Part shown: piece after piece, positions 9,489-18,460 of the stretch
How the letters are laid out: each line of letters opens with the position of its first letter
Position numbering within the stretch: position 1 is the stretch's first letter
IMG/VR virus record: IMGVR_UViG_2923618136_000001
DNA length: 64,000 nucleotides
Strand: one strand, 5' to 3'
Source: a virus
Lineage: Duplodnaviria; Heunggongvirae; Uroviricota; Caudoviricetes
Translations under genes and position numbers: made by a program
Notes under the pieces: generated by a model
Seen by the model: only the letters and a program-made list of their open reading frames with translations
Database searches by the model: none
Told to the model about the DNA's origin: nothing

Positions 9489-9655
9489 GACTCTCCTCAC
9501 GGGGTGAGATGAATTAGGTGGTCTTGGCCTCCGCGCAGCCCCTCAACTGCGCGGAGGCCAAGAGCACCGAGGCTCGACGCGCTGCGGAAGGTCAGCGCGG
9601 AGCCGCCCGCACCCGGTGGAGTGCGGGGTCTGTAACGCCAGCGGTAGAGCTAGCG

Positions 9656-10943
9656 TCAGAAGTTCGAGACGGCCTCCATCAGCGGCATCCATGCCGCCTG
9701 CGTGGTGTGCAGGATGTACCGGCCGGCGTCGAGGCTGTGGTCATCGAGCTTGACCGGAGCGTCGTCGCCCTTCTCGGCTTTCCGGTCGTCCCAGGAGTAG
9801 GAGCCGATTTCACCGAGCCAGCCCGCGCAGGAGCGGTGCACCCGCAGTTGGTCAGCGGCGATCAAGTTGGACACGGTGCGGATGCCGTCGAGCACGGAGT
9901 TGTCGCCGAGCTGCGGCAGCATCCCGTCGTGATGCAATTGGGTCACGAAGCTCGCCGCGCTGGGGTCAACAATGATCCAGTCCGGCCGGACGCCCCGGGT
10001 GCCGGGGCCGTAGGTGTCGGGGACGTTGTCCAGCCACTCGCTGACCTTCTTGGAGTACTCGGCGTCGGTGAGCTGCCTGCGCTCCAGGCGGGAGTCCCAC
10101 CGCCACTCCGACACCAGATAGACCCTGCGCTGCCCCTCCCTGTCCGGGGTGGACACTCCAGCGAGGATCGCTGAGAACGGGTTGACGGTGCCGTAGTCGA
10201 TCCCGACGCCGAGCCACCGTTCCATGAGCGGAATCGAGTCCACGATGTGCCGCTCCGGGTCCCACATGTCGAAGATCGCGCCTTCGGCCATGCACCACTC
10301 GCCGAGGACGTATCGGCGGTACCACAGGCCCGTGTACTCGCTTTTCAGATTGCTGACGTACACCGGGTCGAGCGCGGGGTTGTCGTCGAGGATGAAGTGC
10401 CACCACTTCAGGTCCAGCTCATGCGACCTGAGGAGGAACCTCTTCCTCAGCCAGTGGTTCGGCGCGTCCGGGTTCGTCGTCGCGAAGATCTTGCTGCCGG
10501 TGACGGAGCAGCGGGCGAGGAGCTGGTCCCAGAACGATTCAGGGATCAGCGTCGCCTCGTCAACGTACGCGCCCGCGCAGGTCAGGCCACGCAGGCGGGA
10601 CTCGGCGCGCACGTCGTTTGCGCTGATGATCTCCACCCGGCGGCCGAGGATGTTGGCCGTCGGCGCGCCGCGCGTAAAGAAGATCCTTTTAGCGATCGGT
10701 CCCGTCAGCGACGGGTCCATCAGCGGCTCGAAAACGTTTCTCGCGATGGTGTCCGCGGTCTTACCGACGATGACCAGGTGGCCGCCGCGCGGGGCCTGCG
10801 CTACGTACATCAGCCATCTGAGCAGGGACGCGATGGTCTTTCCGGATCGGACGCTGCCGGTCCAGATGTTGATGCGGGCCGTGGATTCAGCGATGCTGCG
10901 CTCCTGCGCAGGCGACAGCGTGACGAGCGCGAGTTTGCTCACT
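9656..10943 (-). CDS. terminase large subunit
   Basis: ATPase motifs: Walker A GSVRSGKT, Walker B VDEATL, motif III ATTNP. C-terminal RNase H-like nuclease motifs (GIDYG, DHSLDAGRY). GTG start at 10943 overlaps the small-subunit stop (GTGA). Confidence 0.85.
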
Positions 10944-11418
10944 CGCCGTCCTCGCTGGCCTCGATGGCATCGACGATCTCCACCGTTGGCAACCCGGCCG
11001 GGGTGTGCCGGGCCTGCATCTGCGCGAACAGCGCCCCGAGCAGGCTGACGGCGTCGGAGCTCTCCGACCCGTTGCGGTTGATCAAGTCGAGGCCCAGCAG
11101 ACTGCAACGGCGCGTGATCAGCTTCTCGGCCTGCTCGACGGCCTTGACGTCGCCCTGCAGAGCCTTGGACCAGATACCGGCCATGAGCCGGTCCAGCCGG
11201 TCGATCTCCATCTTCAGGAGTTCTTCGGATGCGATCTGTTCGGCCTTGGCCGCCTTCTGCATCGCGCGAGTGATGTCCTTGACGGCTGCGGCCGAGGAGG
11301 CATAACCGAGGGATTCCGCGATGACCGTGGGGCTGACGCCCGCGATGCGCATCTGGACGGCTTTGGCTCTACGCTCAGCGACGACGGTGGCCGAGGCCCG
11401 GCGGCGGCTGGAGACCAT
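10939..11418 (-). CDS. terminase small subunit (HTH, sigma-70 region 4-like)
   Basis: ATG at 11418 (MVSSRRRASATVVAERRAKAVQMRIAGVSPTVIAESLGY...). The HTH N-terminus and direct coupling to the large terminase are typical of actinophage TerS. Confidence 0.6.
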   Translation of the reverse strand: MVSSRRRASATVVAERRAKAVQMRIAGVSPTVIAESLGYASSAAAVKDITRAMQKAAKAEQIASEELLKMEIDRLDRLMAGIWSKALQGDVKAVEQAEKLITRRCSLLGLDLINRNGSESSDAVSLLGALFAQMQARHTPAGLPTVEIVDAIEASEDGE

Positions 11419-11457
11419 GAGGGGACCCCCGTTTCTAGATCGGCAGTTGGAGGGCGT

Positions 11458-11700
11458 ATGCAGACAGAGATGACGCAAGCAGTTCCGCTTGCGGAAGTGG
11501 CCTACGAGATCGAGCACGAGCTGACCGACGTCGACGAGCTCGGCTGGATCGCCGTGGTGGCGCGCACCGGCCGATCCTGGTTCCGCTGCTCGTGCGGGTT
11601 CCGCGTCGAGGACGAGTTCGGCGGGCCGATGCCCACGAACGCCGTGATCGAGCAGGCCGACGACCACCTGATGACGGACCACCCGGAGGTGACGCGATGA
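11458..11700 (+). CDS. hypothetical protein
   Basis: ATG at 11458 with GGAGGG RBS. 80 aa. A plus-strand gene diverging from terminase small. Confidence 0.4.
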   Translation: MQTEMTQAVPLAEVAYEIEHELTDVDELGWIAVVARTGRSWFRCSCGFRVEDEFGGPMPTNAVIEQADDHLMTDHPEVTR

Positions 11701-11966
11701 CCTACGACATCGAGCCGTACCTGATCGACGTCGACGGCCTGGAGAAGCACCGTCCGACCCCGTCCTGGCCCATCCGGATCGACTGGGACATCTACTACGG
11801 ATGCGAGAAGCCCGACTGTGAGCGGGCCGTCCGTAAGGGCGTCCAGTACTGCTGCACCCCGTGCGCCGTGGCCGGGGAAGGCAAGTACGAGATCGAGGCC
11901 CACATGGCGAGCTGCGACGAGAAGTGGGCCTACCGGAGGCCGCATGTCGAGGCGAACACCTGGTGA
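11697..11966 (+). CDS. hypothetical Cys-rich protein
   Basis: ATGA overlap with the upstream gene. Sequence MTYDIEPYLIDVDG...CEKPDCERAVRKGVQYCCTPCA shows a zinc-binding-like pattern. Confidence 0.4.
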   Translation: MTYDIEPYLIDVDGLEKHRPTPSWPIRIDWDIYYGCEKPDCERAVRKGVQYCCTPCAVAGEGKYEIEAHMASCDEKWAYRRPHVEANTW

Positions 11967-12229
11967 GAGACCTCGCTGACTTCTACGACGTGGGCCCGAA
12001 GGTCATCCAGCTACTCGGCGGCCCGAACGACGGCGAGCGCGTCAATATCGGCTACTGCAGGTGGCCCGACACCTGGCGGATGCCGAGGAAACCCAGCCCG
12101 TCCATCAGGCTGTACTCGCCCGAAGACGAACCGAACCCTGTGGCCCCCACCGGCCACCCGGCCTACCGGCACACGGGCTCGACCAACGACCGGGGCGAGC
12201 GGATCTACCAGTACGTCGGTGACCTCTGA
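11963..12229 (+). CDS. hypothetical protein
   Basis: GTGA-coupled GTG start. Third-codon-position GC is very high (~90%), which supports coding in this frame even though it overlaps the 3' tail of the antisense RusA ORF. Confidence 0.35.
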   Translation: MRDLADFYDVGPKVIQLLGGPNDGERVNIGYCRWPDTWRMPRKPSPSIRLYSPEDEPNPVAPTGHPAYRHTGSTNDRGERIYQYVGDL

Positions 12230-12661
12230 GCCGTACCAGAGGTGCAGGGCAAGCTGGCCGCGCTTCACGACCGGGCCGAGCCGCATGTCCGGGCCGACCA
12301 GGCGGGTGTGGTCGTCGTCGTCGAGCACGCCGGCGTCGACCAGCCCGTCCACGGCGGCCTTCGCGGATGGATACCAGTTGCCCGGGTCGCGGCGGCGCCG
12401 GTCGACGGGCCGCACCTCTCCGACGACGTACACCCGGTCGAAGTGGGGTACGCCGCGCGCCTTCGCCGCGGCGTGGCCAGCGCGGCGCAGCAGCTTCGTG
12501 AGCCGGGCCTTGACCATCGGGTGAAGCCGCTGATTGGAGTTCAGCAACTCCATCCCGATCGGCAGCTCCACTGTCCAGTCCGGGGGCGGGCGCTCGTCGA
12601 ACCACACGGCTGTCTCCCCTCTGGTGCGAGACAATGGCCGCATGCGCCCGGTTACGATCAT
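12011..12661 (-). CDS. rusA: RusA-like Holliday junction resolvase (with unusual C-terminal extension)
   Basis: Aligns with E. coli RusA: LNSNQRLHPMVKA...RRRRDPGNWYPSAKAAVDGLVDAGVLDDDDHTRL matches PPSNNRYY...[29 protein letters not shown]. The reading frame continues about 70 aa past the RusA homology before the first stop, at 12011. Confidence 0.6.
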   Translation of the reverse strand: MIVTGRMRPLSRTRGETAVWFDERPPPDWTVELPIGMELLNSNQRLHPMVKARLTKLLRRAGHAAAKARGVPHFDRVYVVGEVRPVDRRRRDPGNWYPSAKAAVDGLVDAGVLDDDDHTRLVGPDMRLGPVVKRGQLALHLWYGSEVTDVLVDPLAPVVGRARVPVGRVAGGGHRVRFVFGRVQPDGRAGFPRHPPGVGPPAVADIDALAVVRAAE

Positions 12662-12875
12662 CGCCACCCGCCACGGCGGCCGGTACGAAGGCGGCCTGTG
12701 GGCCGCGTTCCCGCGAGAGCCGTGGGACATCCCGCAGGACGCCTACGGCGGCGACCGCATCGCCTACGACTGGTGGAGCTCCAACACGAGCCCGGTCGGA
12801 GTCGGGGACACACCCGACGAGGCGCTCGCCGACCTGGAACGCAAGCTCACTGAGCAGCCGCGAACGCCCCAATGA
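12642..12875 (+). CDS. hypothetical protein
   Basis: Starts MRPVTIIATRHGGRYEGGLWAAFPREPWDIPQDAYGGDRIAYDWW.... A plus-strand ORF diverging from rusA. The sequence is protein-like. Confidence 0.35.
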   Translation: MRPVTIIATRHGGRYEGGLWAAFPREPWDIPQDAYGGDRIAYDWWSSNTSPVGVGDTPDEALADLERKLTEQPRTPQ

Positions 12876-13581
12876 CCGCCCAGGAATGCCAGCGGAACAG
12901 CACCTCCGGCGCGTGCCAGCCCGCCATGGTGATCGCCTGCATCGTCGCGGCCTGCGGGTAAGGCCGAAGCACACCACGCAGCGCGCGGGCCTTCGCGCGG
13001 ATCGCCGAGTCGGTGATCCCGTGCTCGGCCTTGTAGTCGTGCGCCACGTCGGTGCCGATCTCAGCCCACCGGGAGTCAACCGGCCGGATCTTCTCCGCGA
13101 CGATCAGCGCGCCCGTCTCGTTCGAGTGCGCGCAGGCCAGGCGCAGCGCGTCCAGCCGGTCCTTCCAGGAGAGGAACTGCAGCGTGAACAGGGCGAGCGT
13201 CAGGTCCGCGTTCGCGTGCGCGAGCGGCGCTTCCTGGATGCGGGCCGCGCTGAGCGTGATGTCGTGCTCGCCGAGGTTCCGCAGCTCGATCGCGGCTTTG
13301 TCGAGCATCGCGGGCTGCTCGTCGTACAGCGCGAACCGGATACCGCGGCCCGGGTGCCGCTTGATGATCCGCTGGGCCGTGATGCCGGTCGACGCCCCGA
13401 GGTCCGCGACCAGGCCGCCGGCCGGGACGAGCCAGTCAGTGGTCTCGGCGACCAGGTCCTGAATCACGTCGTAGTGCGGCACGGACGCGCGCACGTGGTC
13501 GTCGAACACCTCGACCACGTTGCTGGTGAACTCCCACCCGCCAGCGTTGAACTGATGGGCGATGTCGCTGTCTTCGGTCAT
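12847..13581 (-). CDS. CmoA-like carboxy-S-adenosylmethionine (Cx-SAM) synthase homolog
   Basis: Shows the class I SAM-binding fold plus CmoA-specific blocks: WEFTSNVVEVFDDHVRASVPHYD matches E. coli CmoA [22 protein letters not shown]. Further matches are VADLGASTG, QPAML, LFTLQFL, ALIVAEKI and HDYKAEHG. An ATGA overlap links it to the upstream amidotransferase gene. Confidence 0.6.
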   Translation of the reverse strand: MTEDSDIAHQFNAGGWEFTSNVVEVFDDHVRASVPHYDVIQDLVAETTDWLVPAGGLVADLGASTGITAQRIIKRHPGRGIRFALYDEQPAMLDKAAIELRNLGEHDITLSAARIQEAPLAHANADLTLALFTLQFLSWKDRLDALRLACAHSNETGALIVAEKIRPVDSRWAEIGTDVAHDYKAEHGITDSAIRAKARALRGVLRPYPQAATMQAITMAGWHAPEVLFRWHSWAVIGAFAAAQ

Positions 13582-14990
13582 GGTTCGCTCCGGACGACGC
13601 GCCGGTACTCGGCCCGGTAGAACCGGCCCGGGTCGTGCAGCACTTGGGTGATCGCGGTCTTCAAGCCGAGTCCGTCCTGGAACGCGACCTTCGGGCGGCG
13701 GACCACCGAGTCGGGCAGCAGCCCGGCGTAGGCGTGCTGCAGGACGGCTTTCGGGTGGGCCTTGCCGTCCGCGACCGCGTGTCTGGGCAGGCTCAGCGCG
13801 AGGTCGACAAGGTCGGGGTCGCAGAACGGCAGGCGCCCTTCCACGCTCGACGCCATGAAGGTCTTGTTGACGCGGGGGAAGTTCTTCCGCGCCTGCGTGG
13901 CCATCAGGTCACGCCGGTAGACGTGCCAGTCGGTCGTCTGCAGGGCGTGGTACGCGAAGCCGTAGGACGCCCACAGCTCGTCGGACCCCTCACCGGAGTA
14001 GGTGACCTTGAAGCCGTCGCCGCGCATCGCGTCGGCCAGGCGCAAGCACGCCCACCCGATCTCTACCTGCGCCTTGTACGGCATTTCGATCACGGACACC
14101 ACCCGGGCCAGGTCCGATGCGGTGGGCACCGGGATGTCGACTTCCACCAGCTCGATGCCGAGCTGCTCGGCGGTCTCGCGCGCGCACCGCAGATCCCTGG
14201 ATTTCGGGTCAAGGCGGGCGGTGTACGCGACCAGGCCCGGCCGGTGCTGGACCAGCTCGTAGGTGATCGCGGCCGAGTCGATCCCGCCGGACAGCAGCGA
14301 ACACACGGGCACGTCCGAGATCAGGCGCCGCCGTACGGCCCGCGCCAGGGACGATTTCAGCGCGGCACTTGCCTTCGCGAGGGTCGACGCCGCCGGCGCG
14401 CACCCCTGCTTGTGGTAGCGCGTCCACGCGATGCCCTTACGGCTGATCGCCGCCCAGCACCCCGCGGGGACGTCGGCGACGCTGTTCTCCGTCACCGGCC
14501 GACCCATCGCGGTGAACGCTTTCAGCTCGGACGCCACCGCGACCGGCTGCGCCAGGTGCAGGTGAAACGGGATCTCCCCGTGCCGGTCACGCGCGACGTG
14601 AAGCACGCCCGGCCGCCGCTCGTCGGCCCACGCGACGGCGAACATGCCGTTGACCATGGGGAGCGCCGTGTCCGGGCCGAGGACGTTCAGCGCGGCCGCG
14701 AGGACCTCCGTGTCGCCGGTCGTCTTCCACTCCCGGCCCGGGTCGGCCCGCTCGACCGCCAGCCGCAGGTCAGCAGAGTTATATATCTCGCCGTTGTACG
14801 CGATCGTCACCGGGCCGTCGCGGAACGGCTGGTCGGATCGGCCGCCGGGGTCCTGAATCGCGAGCCGCGTGTGCGCGAGCGTCACGCCCGCCACGGTGAC
14901 GACTGCCGCCGCGTCCGGCCCACGGTGGGAGAGCCGGGCGGCGGCCAGCGCGAGGTTCGCTTTCCCGAGGATCGCCGCTACTCCGCACAT
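13578..14990 (-). CDS. asparagine synthetase B-like glutamine amidotransferase (Ntn Cys nucleophile + PP-loop)
   Basis: ATG at 14990 with GGAGA RBS gives the N-terminus MCGVAAILG (class II GATase catalytic Cys2). A central SGGIDS PP-loop ATP-pyrophosphatase motif (VPVCSLLSGGIDSAAI) is present. Confidence 0.7.
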   Translation of the reverse strand: MCGVAAILGKANLALAAARLSHRGPDAAAVVTVAGVTLAHTRLAIQDPGGRSDQPFRDGPVTIAYNGEIYNSADLRLAVERADPGREWKTTGDTEVLAAALNVLGPDTALPMVNGMFAVAWADERRPGVLHVARDRHGEIPFHLHLAQPVAVASELKAFTAMGRPVTENSVADVPAGCWAAISRKGIAWTRYHKQGCAPAASTLAKASAALKSSLARAVRRRLISDVPVCSLLSGGIDSAAITYELVQHRPGLVAYTARLDPKSRDLRCARETAEQLGIELVEVDIPVPTASDLARVVSVIEMPYKAQVEIGWACLRLADAMRGDGFKVTYSGEGSDELWASYGFAYHALQTTDWHVYRRDLMATQARKNFPRVNKTFMASSVEGRLPFCDPDLVDLALSLPRHAVADGKAHPKAVLQHAYAGLLPDSVVRRPKVAFQDGLGLKTAITQVLHDPGRFYRAEYRRVVRSEP

Positions 14991-16048
14991 GGTGTCTCCG
15001 CGTCCCGCAGCGGAATGAGGATCTTGTCTCGGATTGTCCCGGCGATCCTGGCCATCATCGGCGGCGGCACCGCGCGCCCGATCCGCTCCCAGCGGCGCGC
15101 GTAGTTCCCGGTGAGCACGAAGTCGTCGGGGAACCCGCCGATCCTGCGCAGTTCCGGGATCGTCAGGTAACGCGGGTGGGTCGGGTGCGTGAGCGCGGCC
15201 GTGCCCTTCGTTCCGGCTCTGGCCACGATGACCGGGGACGCCTGGTCGAAGCTGAGCCGCTTCAAGTTCAGCCTCGCCGGGTGGCCTTCGCCCGGCCTGA
15301 GCTGCCGCCACAGCCGCTCGATCGAGTAGCCCCGGATGGTGATCGGGTAGCCCGTCTCCGGGTCGTTGTCCAGGTCGTTGAACGCCCCCGGCAGGTCCCC
15401 GACCGCATCCCGGACGGTGTAGTAATGCGGCTCCGGAGCAGGGTGGACAGGCTCCACGCCCAGGTCGTTACGGACCCCGACGAAGATGATCCGCTGCCGT
15501 CTCTGCGGGACGCCGAGCCACTGCGCTTCGAGCAGCCGGGCCGTCACCCGGTAACCAGCCTCGCGCAGCGTCTTCAGGATCCGCTTGAAGTAGCCCTTCG
15601 CCGTCCCCTGGACCAGGCCCGCGACGTTCTCCGCGACGAACGTGCGCGGCTGCAGGTCCCGCAGCAGGCGAGCGAACTCGAAGAACAGGTCGTCCGTGCG
15701 CTGCTGGGTGTCGGAGTACTGCTTGACCGTGCCCCACCCGGCCTCGCGCTTACCCGACGTGGAGAACGACGCGCACGGCGGCGACCCATCCACCAGGTCG
15801 ATCTCGCCGACGCCCAGGCCCGTCGCGGCCAGGATCTCAGCCGCAGTCACCTTCCGGATGTCGCGGGTGTCGAGGACCGTGTACGGCGCCGCGTTCGCCT
15901 TGTACGTCTCGGCGGCCGCGGGGATGAACTCCGACGCCCACAGCACCCGGAATCCGGCCATTCGGTAGCCGAGCGATGAGCCGCCGCACCCGGAGAACGT
16001 CGAGATCGCGTTGAAGCCGTTCCATGGGGTGGCGGCGATCTCCGCCAT
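14978..16048 (-). CDS. DNA (cytosine-5)-methyltransferase family protein
   Basis: C5-MTase motifs: I FSGCGG, IV GSPPCASFS (catalytic Cys), VI ENV, VIII QRRQR, plus a C-terminal GRAVPPPM. The start is uncertain: ATG 16048 (MAEIA), ATG 16093 or GTG 16105. Confidence 0.8.
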   Translation of the reverse strand: MAEIAATPWNGFNAISTFSGCGGSSLGYRMAGFRVLWASEFIPAAAETYKANAAPYTVLDTRDIRKVTAAEILAATGLGVGEIDLVDGSPPCASFSTSGKREAGWGTVKQYSDTQQRTDDLFFEFARLLRDLQPRTFVAENVAGLVQGTAKGYFKRILKTLREAGYRVTARLLEAQWLGVPQRRQRIIFVGVRNDLGVEPVHPAPEPHYYTVRDAVGDLPGAFNDLDNDPETGYPITIRGYSIERLWRQLRPGEGHPARLNLKRLSFDQASPVIVARAGTKGTAALTHPTHPRYLTIPELRRIGGFPDDFVLTGNYARRWERIGRAVPPPMMARIAGTIRDKILIPLRDAETPCAE

Positions 16049-16071
16049 CGACGGGATCCGGTACAGCGGCT

Positions 16072-16692
16072 TCACTTGGGCTTCCCGCTCCATTCGTAGC
16101 TGCACGAGGGACAGCGGAAGTCCACGTCGATCGCCTCGTCGAACTCGCGGAACCCCGAAGGTGCCTGCGCCTGCGGCATGGCCTCGTCGTCGTCATCGGC
16201 GTCGTGGGCCGGGCCCATGTCTCCGGCCAGCGCCGCTCCCAGCGCCGCGTCCAGGTCCGCCAGGTCGTCGGCCGTGTAGCCGGTGACGACGAGCAGTCCC
16301 GCGTCGGCCTCCTGGATGGTGAGCAGGGACTCAGCCAGCATGGCCTCGTCCCAGCCGCCTTTCTCGCTGGTCCGGTTGTTCGCGATGAGGTACGCCTCGG
16401 CGTCCGCGTCGGACCGCGAGGACCAGCCACGTACGATCGGCACCAGCCACGTGCCGTCCTCGGCCAGGCGCACCCCCTCGGGAGGGGTTGAGCCGCTGTC
16501 GACCATCGCCGTCAGGACCTCTTTGCGGCCATGGCCGACGACCAGCCGGCCGGTGCGTTCATCGATCTCTCCGGCGACGACGCAGCCGAACGTCTCGATC
16601 GAGGCGCGGATCGCGGCCAAGTCGTGGTCCTTGGCGTTCCGCGCCGCTGCCGGGAGGTCCAGGAGCGGCATGTACTCGATGTGGCGCTGCAT
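16072..16692 (-). CDS. ParB-like nuclease domain protein
   Basis: ATG at 16692 (MQRHIEYMPLLDLPAAARNAKDHDLAAIRASIETFGCVVAGEI...GRLVVGHGR). The ParB/Srx N-terminal fold motif is present. Sits directly upstream of the C5-MTase gene. Confidence 0.55.
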   Translation of the reverse strand: MQRHIEYMPLLDLPAAARNAKDHDLAAIRASIETFGCVVAGEIDERTGRLVVGHGRKEVLTAMVDSGSTPPEGVRLAEDGTWLVPIVRGWSSRSDADAEAYLIANNRTSEKGGWDEAMLAESLLTIQEADAGLLVVTGYTADDLADLDAALGAALAGDMGPAHDADDDDEAMPQAQAPSGFREFDEAIDVDFRCPSCSYEWSGKPK

Positions 16693-17066
16693 CACACCTC
16701 CGCCCGGGGGCTGTCGGTCGTGGACATGGCGCGGACGATCGCATAGAACATGTGATCTTTGATCCGCTGCTCGTCGGGCAGGTCCTCGTACGGCACGAGG
16801 CAGGGGTGCGTCTTGGTGTTGGCGTTCTTGTACCGGCCGTACGTCCACCCATCGGCGCGCTTCGTGTCGCACCACGTCTCATGGAGCTCCTGCGGTGTGG
16901 CACCGGCCAGAGCGGCTTCGACGCCCTGGATGACCGGGGAGGTCTGCCAGTCGGGGGCCTGGTCCCAGTGCGGTGACGGCTTCTCACCTGCCGCGATCTG
17001 CAGGACGCGGTTCGCCTCGTGGCACACGCGGGCGATCGTCTCTGGGTATGCCTTCATGGCGCTCAT
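16692..17066 (-). CDS. RyR-domain protein
   Basis: Sequence HETWCDTKRADGWTYGRYKNANTKTHPCLVPYEDLPDEQRIKD matches the RyR (PF02026-like) repeat common in actinophages. Confidence 0.5.
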   Translation of the reverse strand: MSAMKAYPETIARVCHEANRVLQIAAGEKPSPHWDQAPDWQTSPVIQGVEAALAGATPQELHETWCDTKRADGWTYGRYKNANTKTHPCLVPYEDLPDEQRIKDHMFYAIVRAMSTTDSPRAEV

Positions 17067-18118
17067 CGGTCGCTGCCTTCCTCGGCCGGGCTGTAGTCGT
17101 ACCGGACGCGCTGCTCGGCCACCGAGGCGCAGAGCTGGATGCAGGCGTCTGCGATCCACAGGCCGTTCGTCACGGCGCGGTCGGTTACCTTGACGGAGCC
17201 CCCGGTGATGCCGCCCTTGCCGGGCTGCACGGGGACCGGCCGGTCGGACTCCCATTCCACGGACCACGACATGACCGGGCGCCGGGACTTCGGGCGGCCG
17301 AATCGCTGCCGCTTCAGCTGTAGCCGCATCTGGTACTCGCCGCCGCCGCCGGGCATCCGCACCCGCGCGAACTCGGGGCCGGCGGCGTCCTCGTAGGAGT
17401 AGCGCTTCGGCCCGAACAGCCGCTCCACCAGGTCGAGGTTCAGGGAGCCGTCCTGCCAGCGGAGTGTGTCCCGCGACCAGGAGTTCCGTTTGGCCCAGAT
17501 CTTCCAGGAGAGCCGCCAGCCGTCGAGGCTCAGGCCGATGACCCGCGACTCATACCCGGTCGGGATCAGGCGGCGCTGCAACCAGGTGCCGAACCGCTCG
17601 GTGTGCAGGTAGATGGCGCCCAGCGGCATGATCCGCAGGTGCGCGGCCAGCGTCTGCTCGCTGCCCGCGTTGCCGACCTTCACCTCGACGGAGAACACGC
17701 CGAACGTTTTGCCAACGAGCAGCTCGCCGCCAAGCGTGCCAGTCGGGCGCTTCGGCCACGCTCCCGGCAGGCTGTGGCCGGTGCGGAGGCGGTTCATGGC
17801 CTTCTGCACCAGCTCGGTGGTGAGGACGTGCCGCTCCCCCTGGTCGAACTCGCCGTCGTAACGTTGGCCGACAGCCCAGGCGTCCGGGTCAAGGTTGCCC
17901 TGCGGGTCGGGCCGGACTCCGCACCGGTCGCATGCCACCCAGCGGCGCGCGTCGAGGCCTCGCGCGTGGGGGCCGTACCCGTCGACGACCGGCCGGTGGC
18001 CACGGGGTCGGCACCACAGCATGAGCCGGGGCACGTCTTGGAGCCAGAAGCCGCGGTGGGCCAGGACGCCGGGTTTGCGGCCGTCCTGCTTGGCGTGGTC
18101 GGAGGTGTGCCAGTACAT
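17063..18118 (-). CDS. hypothetical protein
   Basis: ATG at 18118 with GGAG RBS. 351 aa. No motif recognised. Confidence 0.45.
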   Translation of the reverse strand: MYWHTSDHAKQDGRKPGVLAHRGFWLQDVPRLMLWCRPRGHRPVVDGYGPHARGLDARRWVACDRCGVRPDPQGNLDPDAWAVGQRYDGEFDQGERHVLTTELVQKAMNRLRTGHSLPGAWPKRPTGTLGGELLVGKTFGVFSVEVKVGNAGSEQTLAAHLRIMPLGAIYLHTERFGTWLQRRLIPTGYESRVIGLSLDGWRLSWKIWAKRNSWSRDTLRWQDGSLNLDLVERLFGPKRYSYEDAAGPEFARVRMPGGGGEYQMRLQLKRQRFGRPKSRRPVMSWSVEWESDRPVPVQPGKGGITGGSVKVTDRAVTNGLWIADACIQLCASVAEQRVRYDYSPAEEGSDR

Positions 18119-18255
18119 GAGGGAGCTCCGAGGGGTGGAGGGTGGTGACCCAGCCCGGCGCGTTGTCCGCGCTACCCCCATAACGCAGTGACGCGCCGGG
18201 CCGGGGGCATGAGGAAGGCCCCGGACCGTGATGGTTCCGGGGCCTTCTGAGTTTT

Positions 18256-18276
18256 GAGCGTCTGAGAGCGTCTCTA
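18256..18276. promoter_or_regulatory. direct repeat GAGCGTCTGAGAGCGTCTC in the promoter region of the 18118 operon
   Basis: An (A)GAGCGTCT(C/G) unit occurs twice in tandem. Related CGTCTCAGAG repeats recur at 25802, 48909 and 60133-60230, always in intergenic regions upstream of minus-strand operons. Confidence 0.4.
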
Positions 18277-18460
18277 AGCAAGATCAACGCTGGGGGATCG
18301 GGAGAGCACGCGGAGGGTTGAGAACGTCCGTCACGCGCGGGCTCAGAGACGCATACGTGCAGTCATGCAAGCACTTTGGCATGCGTGTTCTACTCTGGCG
18401 GACAGCATATGCACTGTTGTCAAGTCACCGCAAGCAGGCGTCCATCACTGGGCGTGTTGC

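Noticed and set aside
12105-13079. 324-aa minus-strand ORF overlapping rusA and the CmoA-like gene
   Set aside because: Alternative frame with Arg/Pro/Gly-rich junk composition. The neighbouring frames carry recognisable RusA and CmoA homology.
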